From Pontiellaceae bacterium (lineage in GTDB: Bacteria; Verrucomicrobiota; Kiritimatiellia; Kiritimatiellales; Tichowtungiaceae): 32,000 bases of DNA. The notes under the pieces were generated by a model, which saw only the letters and a program-made list of their open reading frames with translations, was not told the origin of the DNA and did no database searches. Positions 8,151 to 15,655 of the stretch are shown here, in pieces. The stretch covers positions 483-32,482 of the forward strand of contig JBIIYG010000017.1 in assembly GCA_044346945.1 (NCBI GenBank), written 5' to 3'. A program made the position numbers and the translations under genes. The stretch's first letter is position 1. Every line of letters begins with the position of its first letter.

Positions 8151-9014
8151 TTATTTTTGGCAGTGCAGACAAAAAACCGTAGTGCGCTGGACGATTTTGG
8201 TTTTGTGCAACGGCTGACCACAGGCGGTGCACGGCTGTCCGGCGCGACCGTAAACTTTCACTTTTTCGCGGTGTCCGCCCGCTTCGCCGTTGAGATCAAC
8301 ATAGTTGCCCTGCCCGGCACCGAGCGACGTTCCTTTGTTGCGCACACCGGCTTCAATTACATGGCGCACCGCTTTCCAAAGTTTGGAAATTTCATCGTCT
8401 GAAAGCGTGCCAGCACGCCGACGCGGATCCAGCCGCGCTTCAAATAGTGCTTCATCGGCGTAAATGTTACCAACGCCCGCCACGAACGACTGGTCGAGCA
8501 GTAACGCCTTGAGAACTTTGTTCTGCCCTTCCAATGCCTGGAAAAACTGCTTCTTCGTCACGGTCAGCGCATCGGGGCCAAGGCCTGCAATTCTGGAGGG
8601 CGGCGCTCCGTCGCCGCCGGAAATGGTTTCGACGGAGCGAACCCCTCCCGGAACAAGCCGCCAGCGACCGAATTTACGCGGGTCGCGGAAATGCAAATTG
8701 AGTCCGCCGCTCAATTGAATTACGGCGCGGTCGTGCGGTCCTTTCTTCAGTGCGCCTTGCGTCAGATAAAATCCGCCGGTCATCCGCAGATGCACCAGCA
8801 GGTTGTCGTTTCCATCCAACCGAAAAATCAGCCACTTGCCGTGGCGGTCAATCTGTTCCAGCTTGCGCCCCTGAACCTGTTTACAGAAGGCGGCTGGTGT
8901 CAGCGGCTCGATGGTGCGCGGACATTCGATATGAACTTTCTGAATCGTCCGTCCTTCCACACCGGCGGCGCAGAGCTGGCGGCGTATGGTTTCGACTTCA
9001 GGAAGCTCCGGCAT
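8151..9014 (-). CDS. mutM: Formamidopyrimidine-DNA glycosylase (Fpg/MutM)
   Basis: N-terminal MPELPEVE catalytic motif, H2TH region, and a C-terminal zinc finger (CxxC...CxxC: CTACGQPL...FCLHCQK). Confidence 0.92.
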   Translation of the reverse strand: MPELPEVETIRRQLCAAGVEGRTIQKVHIECPRTIEPLTPAAFCKQVQGRKLEQIDRHGKWLIFRLDGNDNLLVHLRMTGGFYLTQGALKKGPHDRAVIQLSGGLNLHFRDPRKFGRWRLVPGGVRSVETISGGDGAPPSRIAGLGPDALTVTKKQFFQALEGQNKVLKALLLDQSFVAGVGNIYADEALFEARLDPRRRAGTLSDDEISKLWKAVRHVIEAGVRNKGTSLGAGQGNYVDLNGEAGGHREKVKVYGRAGQPCTACGQPLHKTKIVQRTTVFCLHCQK

Positions 9015-9015
9015 C

Positions 9016-9996
9016 TCAGCCCCACGGATTGACGATTTGGACTGCCGGGAACAGCTTTTTGACAGCCGCCTGATCTTTTTTCAGGAACAGCAGTTTCAGG
9101 TTCGGGCCGGCATCCATGGTGAAATAGAGTTCGAGACCGTTTTCACGCGCCTGCCAGACTTTCTGCATCAGAGCAACGGTTTGCGGTTTCCAGTAGCAGA
9201 GCGGCGGCCACGCCGCGAGCATGGTGGCGTGCATCGCCAGCGCATTGTTTTCGGCTGTTTCGCCCAGCAGAGTGAAATCCTGAGCGGCAATCGCGGTGCG
9301 CAGTTCGTCGAAGTCGCATTCGGCCTGCGCGGGCCACGATTCGTACAGCTCCGAGGTTTCAACCGTGCGATTCATGCCGTCGGTCGAGCCGGTTTTCTTC
9401 TTCGACTTGGAAATTTCAAGAACCCCGATACGCAAGTCCGGCCACTGTAACTCGATTCCTTCGGCGTAGCTGTCGAAGCCGTCCGCCCGTTCTCCGGCGT
9501 GCCAGACGGCGAAGCCGTCGTACAGCGAGCGGCTGGCGCTTCCACTGCCGAGCCGCGCCAGCATGGAAAGTTCGCGCGGATTGAAGCCCCAGCCGAACAG
9601 CTGGTCGAGCGCTTTGACCAGCGCGGCGAAGCCGGAGGCCGACGATGCCAGTCCGGCGGCGGTCGGAATATTGTTTTTCGTCCGGACTTCAAAGAACTGT
9701 CCTTCGGCGCGGAACAGATTCAGGAATTTTGAAATCCGCGCGGCGAAATCCGTCGGAGCCGGTTTGCCGTTCAGGAAAACCTTGTCAGCGGTTTTAGCGA
9801 ACTTCACGACCGTGTGCGTGCCGAGCTTACCGAGCGAGATCGAAAGGCTCGAATTGACCGGCAGGTTGAGTTCGGCGTCGCGCTTGCCCCAGTATTTACA
9901 GAGGGCGATATTGGCAGGCGCGAAGGCCTCGCCGCGAACCGCAGGTTTCCCTTTGGCCCGCTTGAGCAGAACATGGACGAATTGTTGGCGTGTCAT
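9016..9996 (-). CDS. mvaD: Diphosphomevalonate decarboxylase-family GHMP kinase-fold enzyme
   Basis: APANIALCKYWGKRD, LNLPVNSSLSISL and AAGLASSASGFAALV are the diagnostic MVD/GHMP motifs. The stop lies 1 nt before the mutM start. Confidence 0.85.
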   Translation of the reverse strand: MTRQQFVHVLLKRAKGKPAVRGEAFAPANIALCKYWGKRDAELNLPVNSSLSISLGKLGTHTVVKFAKTADKVFLNGKPAPTDFAARISKFLNLFRAEGQFFEVRTKNNIPTAAGLASSASGFAALVKALDQLFGWGFNPRELSMLARLGSGSASRSLYDGFAVWHAGERADGFDSYAEGIELQWPDLRIGVLEISKSKKKTGSTDGMNRTVETSELYESWPAQAECDFDELRTAIAAQDFTLLGETAENNALAMHATMLAAWPPLCYWKPQTVALMQKVWQARENGLELYFTMDAGPNLKLLFLKKDQAAVKKLFPAVQIVNPWG

Positions 9997-10020
9997 GCCG
10001 GGACGTTACTATTTTCTGAC

Positions 10021-10047
10021 TGGATGAACAGGATAAATAGGATGAGG
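10021..10047. repeat. Three tandem 9-bp GGAT-core repeats (TGGATGAAC AGGATAAAT AGGATGAGG)
   Basis: Read directly in the mvaD/nth divergent intergenic region. Confidence 0.6.
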
Positions 10048-10052
10048 TCAAT

Positions 10053-10155
10053 TCTGGAGTGCTCCGGCAAACGAAGTGCGACGGAGCTTTTCCCGTCAGA
10101 GGGACGTCGTAACAAGAAAAGCGGCCTCGCGCTTCGCTTGCGTCCGCACTCCAGA
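10053..10155. repeat. 103-bp imperfect palindromic (REP/MITE-like or structured-RNA) element
   Basis: Perfect 10-bp terminal inverted repeat: TCTGGAGTGC (10053-10062) and GCACTCCAGA (10146-10155). The arms extend imperfectly to about 28 nt, and inner hairpins are present (GACGG-n8-CCGTC). Confidence 0.55.
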
Positions 10156-10173
10156 TCAATTAAATCCTTTTAT

Positions 10174-10803
10174 ATGAAAACGAAAAAGGAACGGGCAGAG
10201 TTTATCGGCAGGCGGCTGGAGGAGCTTTACCCGGCCGTTGAAGTTCCGCTCCGGCACAGCGATGCCTATACCCTGCTCGTCGCCGTGATTCTTTCGGCGC
10301 AGTGTACCGACAAGCGGGTTAATCTGGTGACGCCCGCGCTGTTCGCCAAAGCAGACACGCCGGAGAAGATGGTGAAACTCGGACAGGATAAAATCCTCAA
10401 GCTGATTGAAACCTGCGGGCTGGCGAACACCAAGTCGAAGTCCATTTACGAAATGTCGAAAAGGCTCGTTGCCGAACACGGCGGCAAGGTGCCGGACAGT
10501 TTTCAGTGTTTGGAAAAACTGCCGGGTGTCGGCCATAAAACCGCTTCGGTGATTATGGCTCAGGCGTTCGGCGTTCCGGCGTTTCCGGTGGATACGCACA
10601 TTCACCGCCTCGCGCAGAGGTGGAAGCTGTCGAACGGCAAAAGCGTCGAACAGACCGAGGCCGACCTGAAGAAGCTTTTCCCGCCGGAGCGCTGGAACAA
10701 ACTGCATATCCAGCTGATTCTCTACGGCCGGGAGCATTGCACGGCGCGCGGCTGTGACGGCACGAAATGCGAAATCTGCCGGACGCTGAAGTCCCGGAAA
10801 TAA
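10174..10803 (+). CDS. nth: Endonuclease III-family DNA glycosylase/AP lyase
   Basis: HhH-GPD motifs (LEKLPGVGHKTASVIM, VDTHIHRLAQRW) and a C-terminal Cys cluster (CTARGCDGTKCEIC). The track start at 9814 runs antisense through mvaD and the intergenic repeat, so ATG 10174 is used. Confidence 0.88.
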   Translation: MKTKKERAEFIGRRLEELYPAVEVPLRHSDAYTLLVAVILSAQCTDKRVNLVTPALFAKADTPEKMVKLGQDKILKLIETCGLANTKSKSIYEMSKRLVAEHGGKVPDSFQCLEKLPGVGHKTASVIMAQAFGVPAFPVDTHIHRLAQRWKLSNGKSVEQTEADLKKLFPPERWNKLHIQLILYGREHCTARGCDGTKCEICRTLKSRK

Positions 10804-10827
10804 ACGGTTGCTTTCCGGAGTAATTTG

Positions 10828-10853
10828 TCTATTTTGCAATTTATGCAAATAGA
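10828..10853. promoter_or_regulatory. Candidate ArsR operator: imperfect inverted repeat TCTATTTTGCA-n5-TGCAAATAGA
   Basis: The inverted repeat was read directly and overlaps the probable arsR start codon (10843). ArsR/SmtB repressors typically bind AT-rich dyads at their own promoters. Confidence 0.45.
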
Positions 10854-11160
10854 TGAACTTCAGAAACTCGACCTCCGCCGCCAGACCCAAGTGGTTAAAG
10901 CGCTGGCGCATCCGTCCCGTCTGCTCATCGTTCACGCGCTGATGGATCACGAACTCTGCGTCTGCGAACTGCGCGACCTGCTCGCTCAGGACATTTCCAC
11001 GGTGTCGCGCCACCTCTCCGTTCTGAAAAACGCCGGATTGCTGATGGAAGACAAACGCGGGCTGTATGTTTATTACCGGCTCACCTGCCCTTGCATTAAG
11101 GGCTTCCTGAACTGCGTTGATAAAATGGTCTGCGAGGCCGGAAACGGATCGAAAGTGTAA
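10843..11160 (+). CDS. arsR: ArsR/SmtB-family metalloregulator with an ELCVCEL metal(loid)-binding motif
   Basis: ALAHPSRLLIVHAL..HELCVCEL...ISTVSRHLSVLKNAGLL matches the ArsR wHTH with the CVC As(III) site. A further C-terminal Cys pair (CPC) is present. Alternative TTG start at 10825. Confidence 0.88.
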   Translation: MQIDELQKLDLRRQTQVVKALAHPSRLLIVHALMDHELCVCELRDLLAQDISTVSRHLSVLKNAGLLMEDKRGLYVYYRLTCPCIKGFLNCVDKMVCEAGNGSKV

Positions 11161-11164
11161 CCAC

Positions 11165-11380
11165 ATGGAAGAAACAGCCAGAGAACTTGCGGCCATTGCC
11201 GCCGCCGTAGCCGGAAAGTGCCAGCCGTGCTTTGCCTATCACATTAAACAGGCCCGTGCGCTTGGCATACCGGAAGAATATATCCGTGAAATAATCCAGC
11301 TGGCAAAAGACATTCGGGCTTCCGGAGATAAGCACATCGATCAATTCGCTGAAAATCACACGGTGGATAAAACGGCATGA
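11165..11380 (+). CDS. Small AhpD/carboxymuconolactone-decarboxylase-like CxxC protein
   Basis: GKCQPCFAYHIKQARALG matches the CMD/AhpD CxxC...H motif. The gene starts 4 nt after the arsR stop. The track start at 11117 overlaps arsR. Confidence 0.65.
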   Translation: MEETARELAAIAAAVAGKCQPCFAYHIKQARALGIPEEYIREIIQLAKDIRASGDKHIDQFAENHTVDKTA

Positions 11381-11601
11381 AACGGGCGCTGATCAATCCG
11401 GCTCTTTGCACAGGATGCGAAAACTGCGCCGTCGCGGCAGTTTGTGAACGTAAAGCCATTCTGCGCGAAACCGTTCAGGACAAGCCGTGGATCGATTTTT
11501 ATCAATGCAGTGGATGCATGAAATGCAAGACAGCCTGCCCCCACAATTCCGTGGAGGCATTACTCCAACCCTGCACCGGTACGCGCCGGATGAGCTGGTG
11601 A
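11377..11601 (+). CDS. Small 2x[4Fe-4S] ferredoxin-domain protein
   Basis: CTGCENCAVAAVC and CSGCMKCKTACP cluster motifs. ATGA overlap with the upstream gene. Confidence 0.7.
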   Translation: MKRALINPALCTGCENCAVAAVCERKAILRETVQDKPWIDFYQCSGCMKCKTACPHNSVEALLQPCTGTRRMSW

Positions 11602-11607
11602 TTAACC

Positions 11608-12627
11608 ATGAAAATATCCAGACACAACGATCTGATTTTTAGCATCGCGGGCATTGCGATCTGGTGGCTGATCTACCGCCGACTCGCGGCGGCGGCGGCC
11701 TGGTTTACCTATTCCCTGCTGGGCATGAATCGCGGATCCCGTCCGGCTTCCGCCGTCGAGTTTTTTGTCTATGAAGCGCCGAAGGTTCTGATGCTTCTTG
11801 TGCTGGTTGTTTTCGGCGTCGGGATTGTGCGCTCGTTTTTCACGCCGGAGCGGACTCGGCGGATTCTTTCCGGCAAACGCGAGTTCACCGGTAATGTGCT
11901 GGCCGCTCTGCTAGGCATCGTCACTCCGTTCTGCTCCTGCTCGGCCGTGCCGCTGTTCATCGGCTTTGTCACAACCGGCGTTCCGCTGGGCGTGACGCTT
12001 TCGTTTCTGATTTCGGCACCGATGGTGAATGAAATCGCGCTGGTGCTTCTGCTCGGACTGTTCGGCTGGCAGGTCGCGGCCATTTATCTGGCAACCGGCG
12101 TGGTCATCGCCATCGTCGCCGGCTGGGTGATCGGACGGTTGCGGCTGGAAAAATATGTGGAAGACTGGGTGTACCAGACACAGACCGGAAGCGGCATGGA
12201 GGAAGAAACACTGGACTGGCCCGCCCGCATCCGTCTCGGTCGCGATGCGGTGAGGGACATTGTGAGCCGTGTGTGGATTTATGTTCTGATCGGCATCGGC
12301 ATCGGCGCAGGCATCCACGGATACGTGCCGGAAAACTTCATGGCTTCCATCATGGGTCGGGACTGGTGGTCGGTGCCGCTGGCCGTGCTGATCGGCGTTC
12401 CGATGTATTCCAACGCCGCCGGGATTATCCCGGTTGTGCAGGCACTGCTCGGCAAAGGCGCCGCTCTCGGCACGGTGCTGGCGTTTATGATGGCGGTAAT
12501 CGGCCTTTCCCTGCCGGAGGCGATTATTCTCCGCAAGGTTCTAAAGCCGCAACTGCTGGCCGTTTTCTTCGCCATCGTCGCCGCAGGAATCATGCTTGTC
12601 GGCTTTTTATTCAACCGGCTGATGTAA
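11608..12627 (+). CDS. PF03773-type permease (ArsP-like organoarsenical/thiol-metal permease family)
   Basis: About 8-10 TM segments with the hallmark TPFCSCSAVPLFIGF motif. The second-half motif is PMYSNAAGIIPVVQALLGKGAALG. Confidence 0.75.
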   Translation: MKISRHNDLIFSIAGIAIWWLIYRRLAAAAAWFTYSLLGMNRGSRPASAVEFFVYEAPKVLMLLVLVVFGVGIVRSFFTPERTRRILSGKREFTGNVLAALLGIVTPFCSCSAVPLFIGFVTTGVPLGVTLSFLISAPMVNEIALVLLLGLFGWQVAAIYLATGVVIAIVAGWVIGRLRLEKYVEDWVYQTQTGSGMEEETLDWPARIRLGRDAVRDIVSRVWIYVLIGIGIGAGIHGYVPENFMASIMGRDWWSVPLAVLIGVPMYSNAAGIIPVVQALLGKGAALGTVLAFMMAVIGLSLPEAIILRKVLKPQLLAVFFAIVAAGIMLVGFLFNRLM

Positions 12628-12643
12628 ACAAAGGAGTCACGCA

Positions 12644-12874
12644 ATGAAGATACAGGTTCTTGGAACAGGCTGTCCGAAATGCAAACAGCTCGCAAAGCAC
12701 ACCGAAGAGGCCGCAAAGGCGCTCGGCCTTGATGCCGAAATCGAAAAGGTCACACAGATCAACGACATCCTGAAGTTCGGCATATTAATGACTCCGGCGC
12801 TGGCGGTGGACGGCACAGTTAAATCGGTCGGCAAACTTCTTTCGGTCGAAGAAATCAAAGGACTGCTGAAATGA
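12644..12874 (+). CDS. Thioredoxin-fold 'redox-active disulfide protein 2'-type small protein (CPKC)
   Basis: MKIQVLGTGCPKCKQL...TPALAVDG is the typical TM0983-family pattern. This family commonly follows PF03773 permeases. Confidence 0.8.
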   Translation: MKIQVLGTGCPKCKQLAKHTEEAAKALGLDAEIEKVTQINDILKFGILMTPALAVDGTVKSVGKLLSVEEIKGLLK

Positions 12875-13305
12875 ACAAGTGGCATAAACTTCTTATCATC
12901 GCCGCGCTGATTGGCGCGGTGGTGTTCGTGGTGGAATACAAGAAACGGCAGGGCTTTGTCTGTGCGGGCGGCGTTTGCGTGCCGACCGTCAGCGATAAAG
13001 CGGGCGCTGTTCAGCAGACCAATACCCCCCTGCCCCGGCTGGTTGATCTGGGCGCCGGAAAATGTTCTTCCTGCAAGATGATGTCGTCGGTTCTCGATGA
13101 ATTGAAAACAACCTGTACCGGAAAGCTGGACATCGTATTCATTGACGTCTGGGAAAATCAGCAGGCCGGTGAGCAGTACGGCATCCGCATGATCCCGACG
13201 CAGATTTTCTACGATGCGGAAGGTAAAGAACTCTTCCGGCACGAAGGCTTCATATCCAAAGATGACATTCTTGCAAAATGGAAAGAGCTGGGTGTTGTTT
13301 TGTGA
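12871..13305 (+). CDS. Membrane-anchored thioredoxin/TlpA-like protein (CSSC active site)
   Basis: N-terminal TM anchor (LLIIAALIGAVVFVV), then a Trx fold (VDLGAGKCSSCKMM ... IPTQIFYDAEGKE). ATGA overlap upstream. Confidence 0.8.
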   Translation: MNKWHKLLIIAALIGAVVFVVEYKKRQGFVCAGGVCVPTVSDKAGAVQQTNTPLPRLVDLGAGKCSSCKMMSSVLDELKTTCTGKLDIVFIDVWENQQAGEQYGIRMIPTQIFYDAEGKELFRHEGFISKDDILAKWKELGVVL

Positions 13306-14000
13306 ACGAGCTGTTTACCAGCCTGACCCGCGCCATGGACGGCGCGCCGCTGATCGCTCTGAGCGCCGCGCTGGTCTGGGGCGTTTTGAGTGTTCTGCTC
13401 AGCCCCTGCCACCTTGCATCCATTCCACTGATCGTCGGCTTCATTGACGAACAGGGCCGGATATCTACACGGCGCGCCTTCTGGATTTCTCTGCTGTTTT
13501 CCACCGGAATCCTGATCACGATTGCGCTCATCGGCGGACTGACCGCCGCCGCCGGACGGATCATGGGCGACCTCGGGCCGTACGCGAATTATTTCATCGC
13601 TCTGATCTTTTTCGTTATCGGTCTGCACCTGCTGGGTGTGATTCCAATGCCTGGAAGCGGGCCGGGCCAGGTAAAGATGAAACAGCGCGGCGCACTGGCC
13701 GCGTTCATCCTCGGACTGGTCTTCGGTATCGCTCTCGGCCCCTGTACGTTCGCGTTCATGGCTCCGTTGCTTGGAATTGCCTTCAAGGCGGGCTCTGAAC
13801 AGCCGGGGTATGCCGGAAGCCTGCTTCTCCTTTACGGCGTCGGCCACTGCGCAGTGATTGTGCTGGCCGGAACGTTCACCGGAATCGTTCAGCGCTATCT
13901 GAACTGGAATGAAAAATCCGGCGGCGCGCTCATTCTGAAAAAAATCTGCGGCCTGCTGGTCGTAACCGCCGGGCTTTATCTGATTTACACCGCGAGCTGA
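13302..14000 (+). CDS. ccdA: CcdA/DsbD-family transmembrane thiol-disulfide electron transporter
   Basis: Six TM segments with the two conserved membrane Cys residues ([11 protein letters not shown] and [12 protein letters not shown]). A GTG start at 13302 gives a GTGA overlap with the upstream stop. Alternative ATG start at 13278. Confidence 0.8.
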   Translation: MNELFTSLTRAMDGAPLIALSAALVWGVLSVLLSPCHLASIPLIVGFIDEQGRISTRRAFWISLLFSTGILITIALIGGLTAAAGRIMGDLGPYANYFIALIFFVIGLHLLGVIPMPGSGPGQVKMKQRGALAAFILGLVFGIALGPCTFAFMAPLLGIAFKAGSEQPGYAGSLLLLYGVGHCAVIVLAGTFTGIVQRYLNWNEKSGGALILKKICGLLVVTAGLYLIYTAS

Positions 14001-14005
14001 AAGTC

Positions 14006-14449
14006 ATGAGTATGAAAAAAATTAAAATCCTGTTTCTGTGCACCGGCAACTCCTGCCGAAGTCAAATGGCCGAAGGCTGGGCGCGGGCTCTCAAGGGCGA
14101 TGTGATCGAAGCCTATTCGGCGGGCATCGAAACCCATGGGCTCAACCCGAACGCCGTCAAAGTAATGGCTGAGGCGGGCGTGGATATTTCCGGACACAAA
14201 TCGGAAAACGTCGCCGACCTGCTCCATATTCCGTTCGACGTGGTCATCACCGTCTGCGGTCACGCCCATGAGCACTGCCCGGTCTTCCCCGGCAAAGCCA
14301 AAGTGATCCATGCCGGATTCGACGATCCGCCGAAGCTTGCCGCGCAGGTGACCGGCGAAGAGGCAAAACTCGACTGCTACCGCCGTGTGCGCGATGAAAT
14401 CAAAACCTTCATTGAAACCCTTCCGAAAGGACTGAATCATGGGAAATAG
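14006..14449 (+). CDS. arsC: Arsenate reductase, LMW-PTPase/thioredoxin-coupled type
   Basis: [19 protein letters not shown]-loop (CX5R) plus the distal Cys pair in CGHAHEHCP. Confidence 0.92.
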   Translation: MSMKKIKILFLCTGNSCRSQMAEGWARALKGDVIEAYSAGIETHGLNPNAVKVMAEAGVDISGHKSENVADLLHIPFDVVITVCGHAHEHCPVFPGKAKVIHAGFDDPPKLAAQVTGEEAKLDCYRRVRDEIKTFIETLPKGLNHGK

Positions 14450-15617
14450 TGATGACCGGAAACTGACAAATGTATTCGAACGCTATCTGACCGTTTGGGT
14501 CGCGCTGTGCATTGCCGGCGGAATCCTGCTCGGCAAGGTCGCGCCGGAATTCGCCAAAACACTGGACGGCATGGCCATCACCGTCAGCGGCGCCCCGGTG
14601 GTTTCCATCCCGATTGCCGTCTGCCTTTTTTTCATGATGTATCCGATCATGGTGAAAATTGATTTCGCCTCAGTCGTTCAGGCCGGAAAAAGCGGCAAGC
14701 CGGTCTGGCTGACGCTGTTTGTCAACTGGGCGATCAAACCGTTCACTATGTACGGCATCGCCCTGCTCTTTCTTGGCGTTCTTTTTCGCGGTTTTATCGG
14801 AACCGAGGCGATGGATCTGGTCAAAATGCCGTTCGGACTCGACCTCCCGGTCGGTGCGATTCACGGCGCGGGAACCGTCGTTCTCAACGAAGGGGTCAAA
14901 ATGCTCCAGGTTCCGCTTTGGCGAAGCTACTTTGCCGGATGCATTCTGCTTGGAATCGCTCCGTGCACGGCGATGGTGCTGGTCTGGGGTTATCTGGCGC
15001 GCGGCAACGACGGTTTGACGCTGATCATGGTCGCGATTAACTCGCTGTCCATGCTGTTGCTGTACGGCGTCCTCGGCGGCTTTCTGCTGGGTGTTGGTAA
15101 ACTTCCAGTCCCGTGGCAGGCACTGTTGCTCTCGATCACCATCTACGTCGCCTTGCCGCTGGTTGCCGGATACTTTTCCAGAAAATGGATCATCCGGAGC
15201 AAAGGTGAAACATGGTTCAAAGAAAAATTCCTGCACTTCCTAACCCCGGTCACAATCATTGCCCTGCTGAGCACACTGGTTCTTCTGTTCAGCTTCAAAG
15301 GCGAAACGATCCTGAGCAATCCGCTGACGATTCTCTGGATCGCTGTGCCGCTCTTTCTCCAGACCATGCTGATCTTCTGGCTGGGTTACGGGTGGGCGAA
15401 GCTCCTTAAACTGCCTTACGCCGATGCCGCGCCCGCCGCGATGATCGGCGCATCGAATCACTTTGAAGTCGCCATCGCTACGGCGACCATGCTCTTCGGG
15501 ATATCCTCCGGCGCCGCGCTGGCCACAGTCGTCGGCGTACTCATTGAAGTGCCCGTTATGCTGTGGCTCGTCCGTATCTGCCTGCGCACACAGCACTGGT
15601 TTCAGAAAGAGAAATGA
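14439..15617 (+). CDS. acr3: Arsenite efflux transporter, ACR3 family
   Basis: [32 protein letters not shown] and [12 protein letters not shown] are ACR3 hallmarks. The gene overlaps arsC by 11 nt. Confidence 0.92.
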   Translation: MGNSDDRKLTNVFERYLTVWVALCIAGGILLGKVAPEFAKTLDGMAITVSGAPVVSIPIAVCLFFMMYPIMVKIDFASVVQAGKSGKPVWLTLFVNWAIKPFTMYGIALLFLGVLFRGFIGTEAMDLVKMPFGLDLPVGAIHGAGTVVLNEGVKMLQVPLWRSYFAGCILLGIAPCTAMVLVWGYLARGNDGLTLIMVAINSLSMLLLYGVLGGFLLGVGKLPVPWQALLLSITIYVALPLVAGYFSRKWIIRSKGETWFKEKFLHFLTPVTIIALLSTLVLLFSFKGETILSNPLTILWIAVPLFLQTMLIFWLGYGWAKLLKLPYADAAPAAMIGASNHFEVAIATATMLFGISSGAALATVVGVLIEVPVMLWLVRICLRTQHWFQKEK

Positions 15618-15655
15618 GCGGCTCGTTCTGAGCGTTCGCCGCAAGAAGGGAAAAA

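Noticed and set aside
9814-10173. The ORF-track N-terminal extension of nth. Equivalent extensions exist for tsf (7205), hgcB (16432), yggU (19105), argC (22143), the small secreted protein (28136), nfeD (30103), lptF/G (18155) and the phosphoesterase (22192).
   Set aside because: The extensions run through neighbouring genes, antisense regions or repeat elements and add non-homologous sequence. Internal starts with RBS-like purine tracts reproduce the canonical family N-termini.
8151-10803. Two base-excision-repair glycosylases (mutM, nth) flanking mvaD as a functional 'repair island'.
   Set aside because: The genes are on different strands and in different transcription units. They are housekeeping functions found scattered in most genomes, so nothing in the sequence links them beyond proximity.
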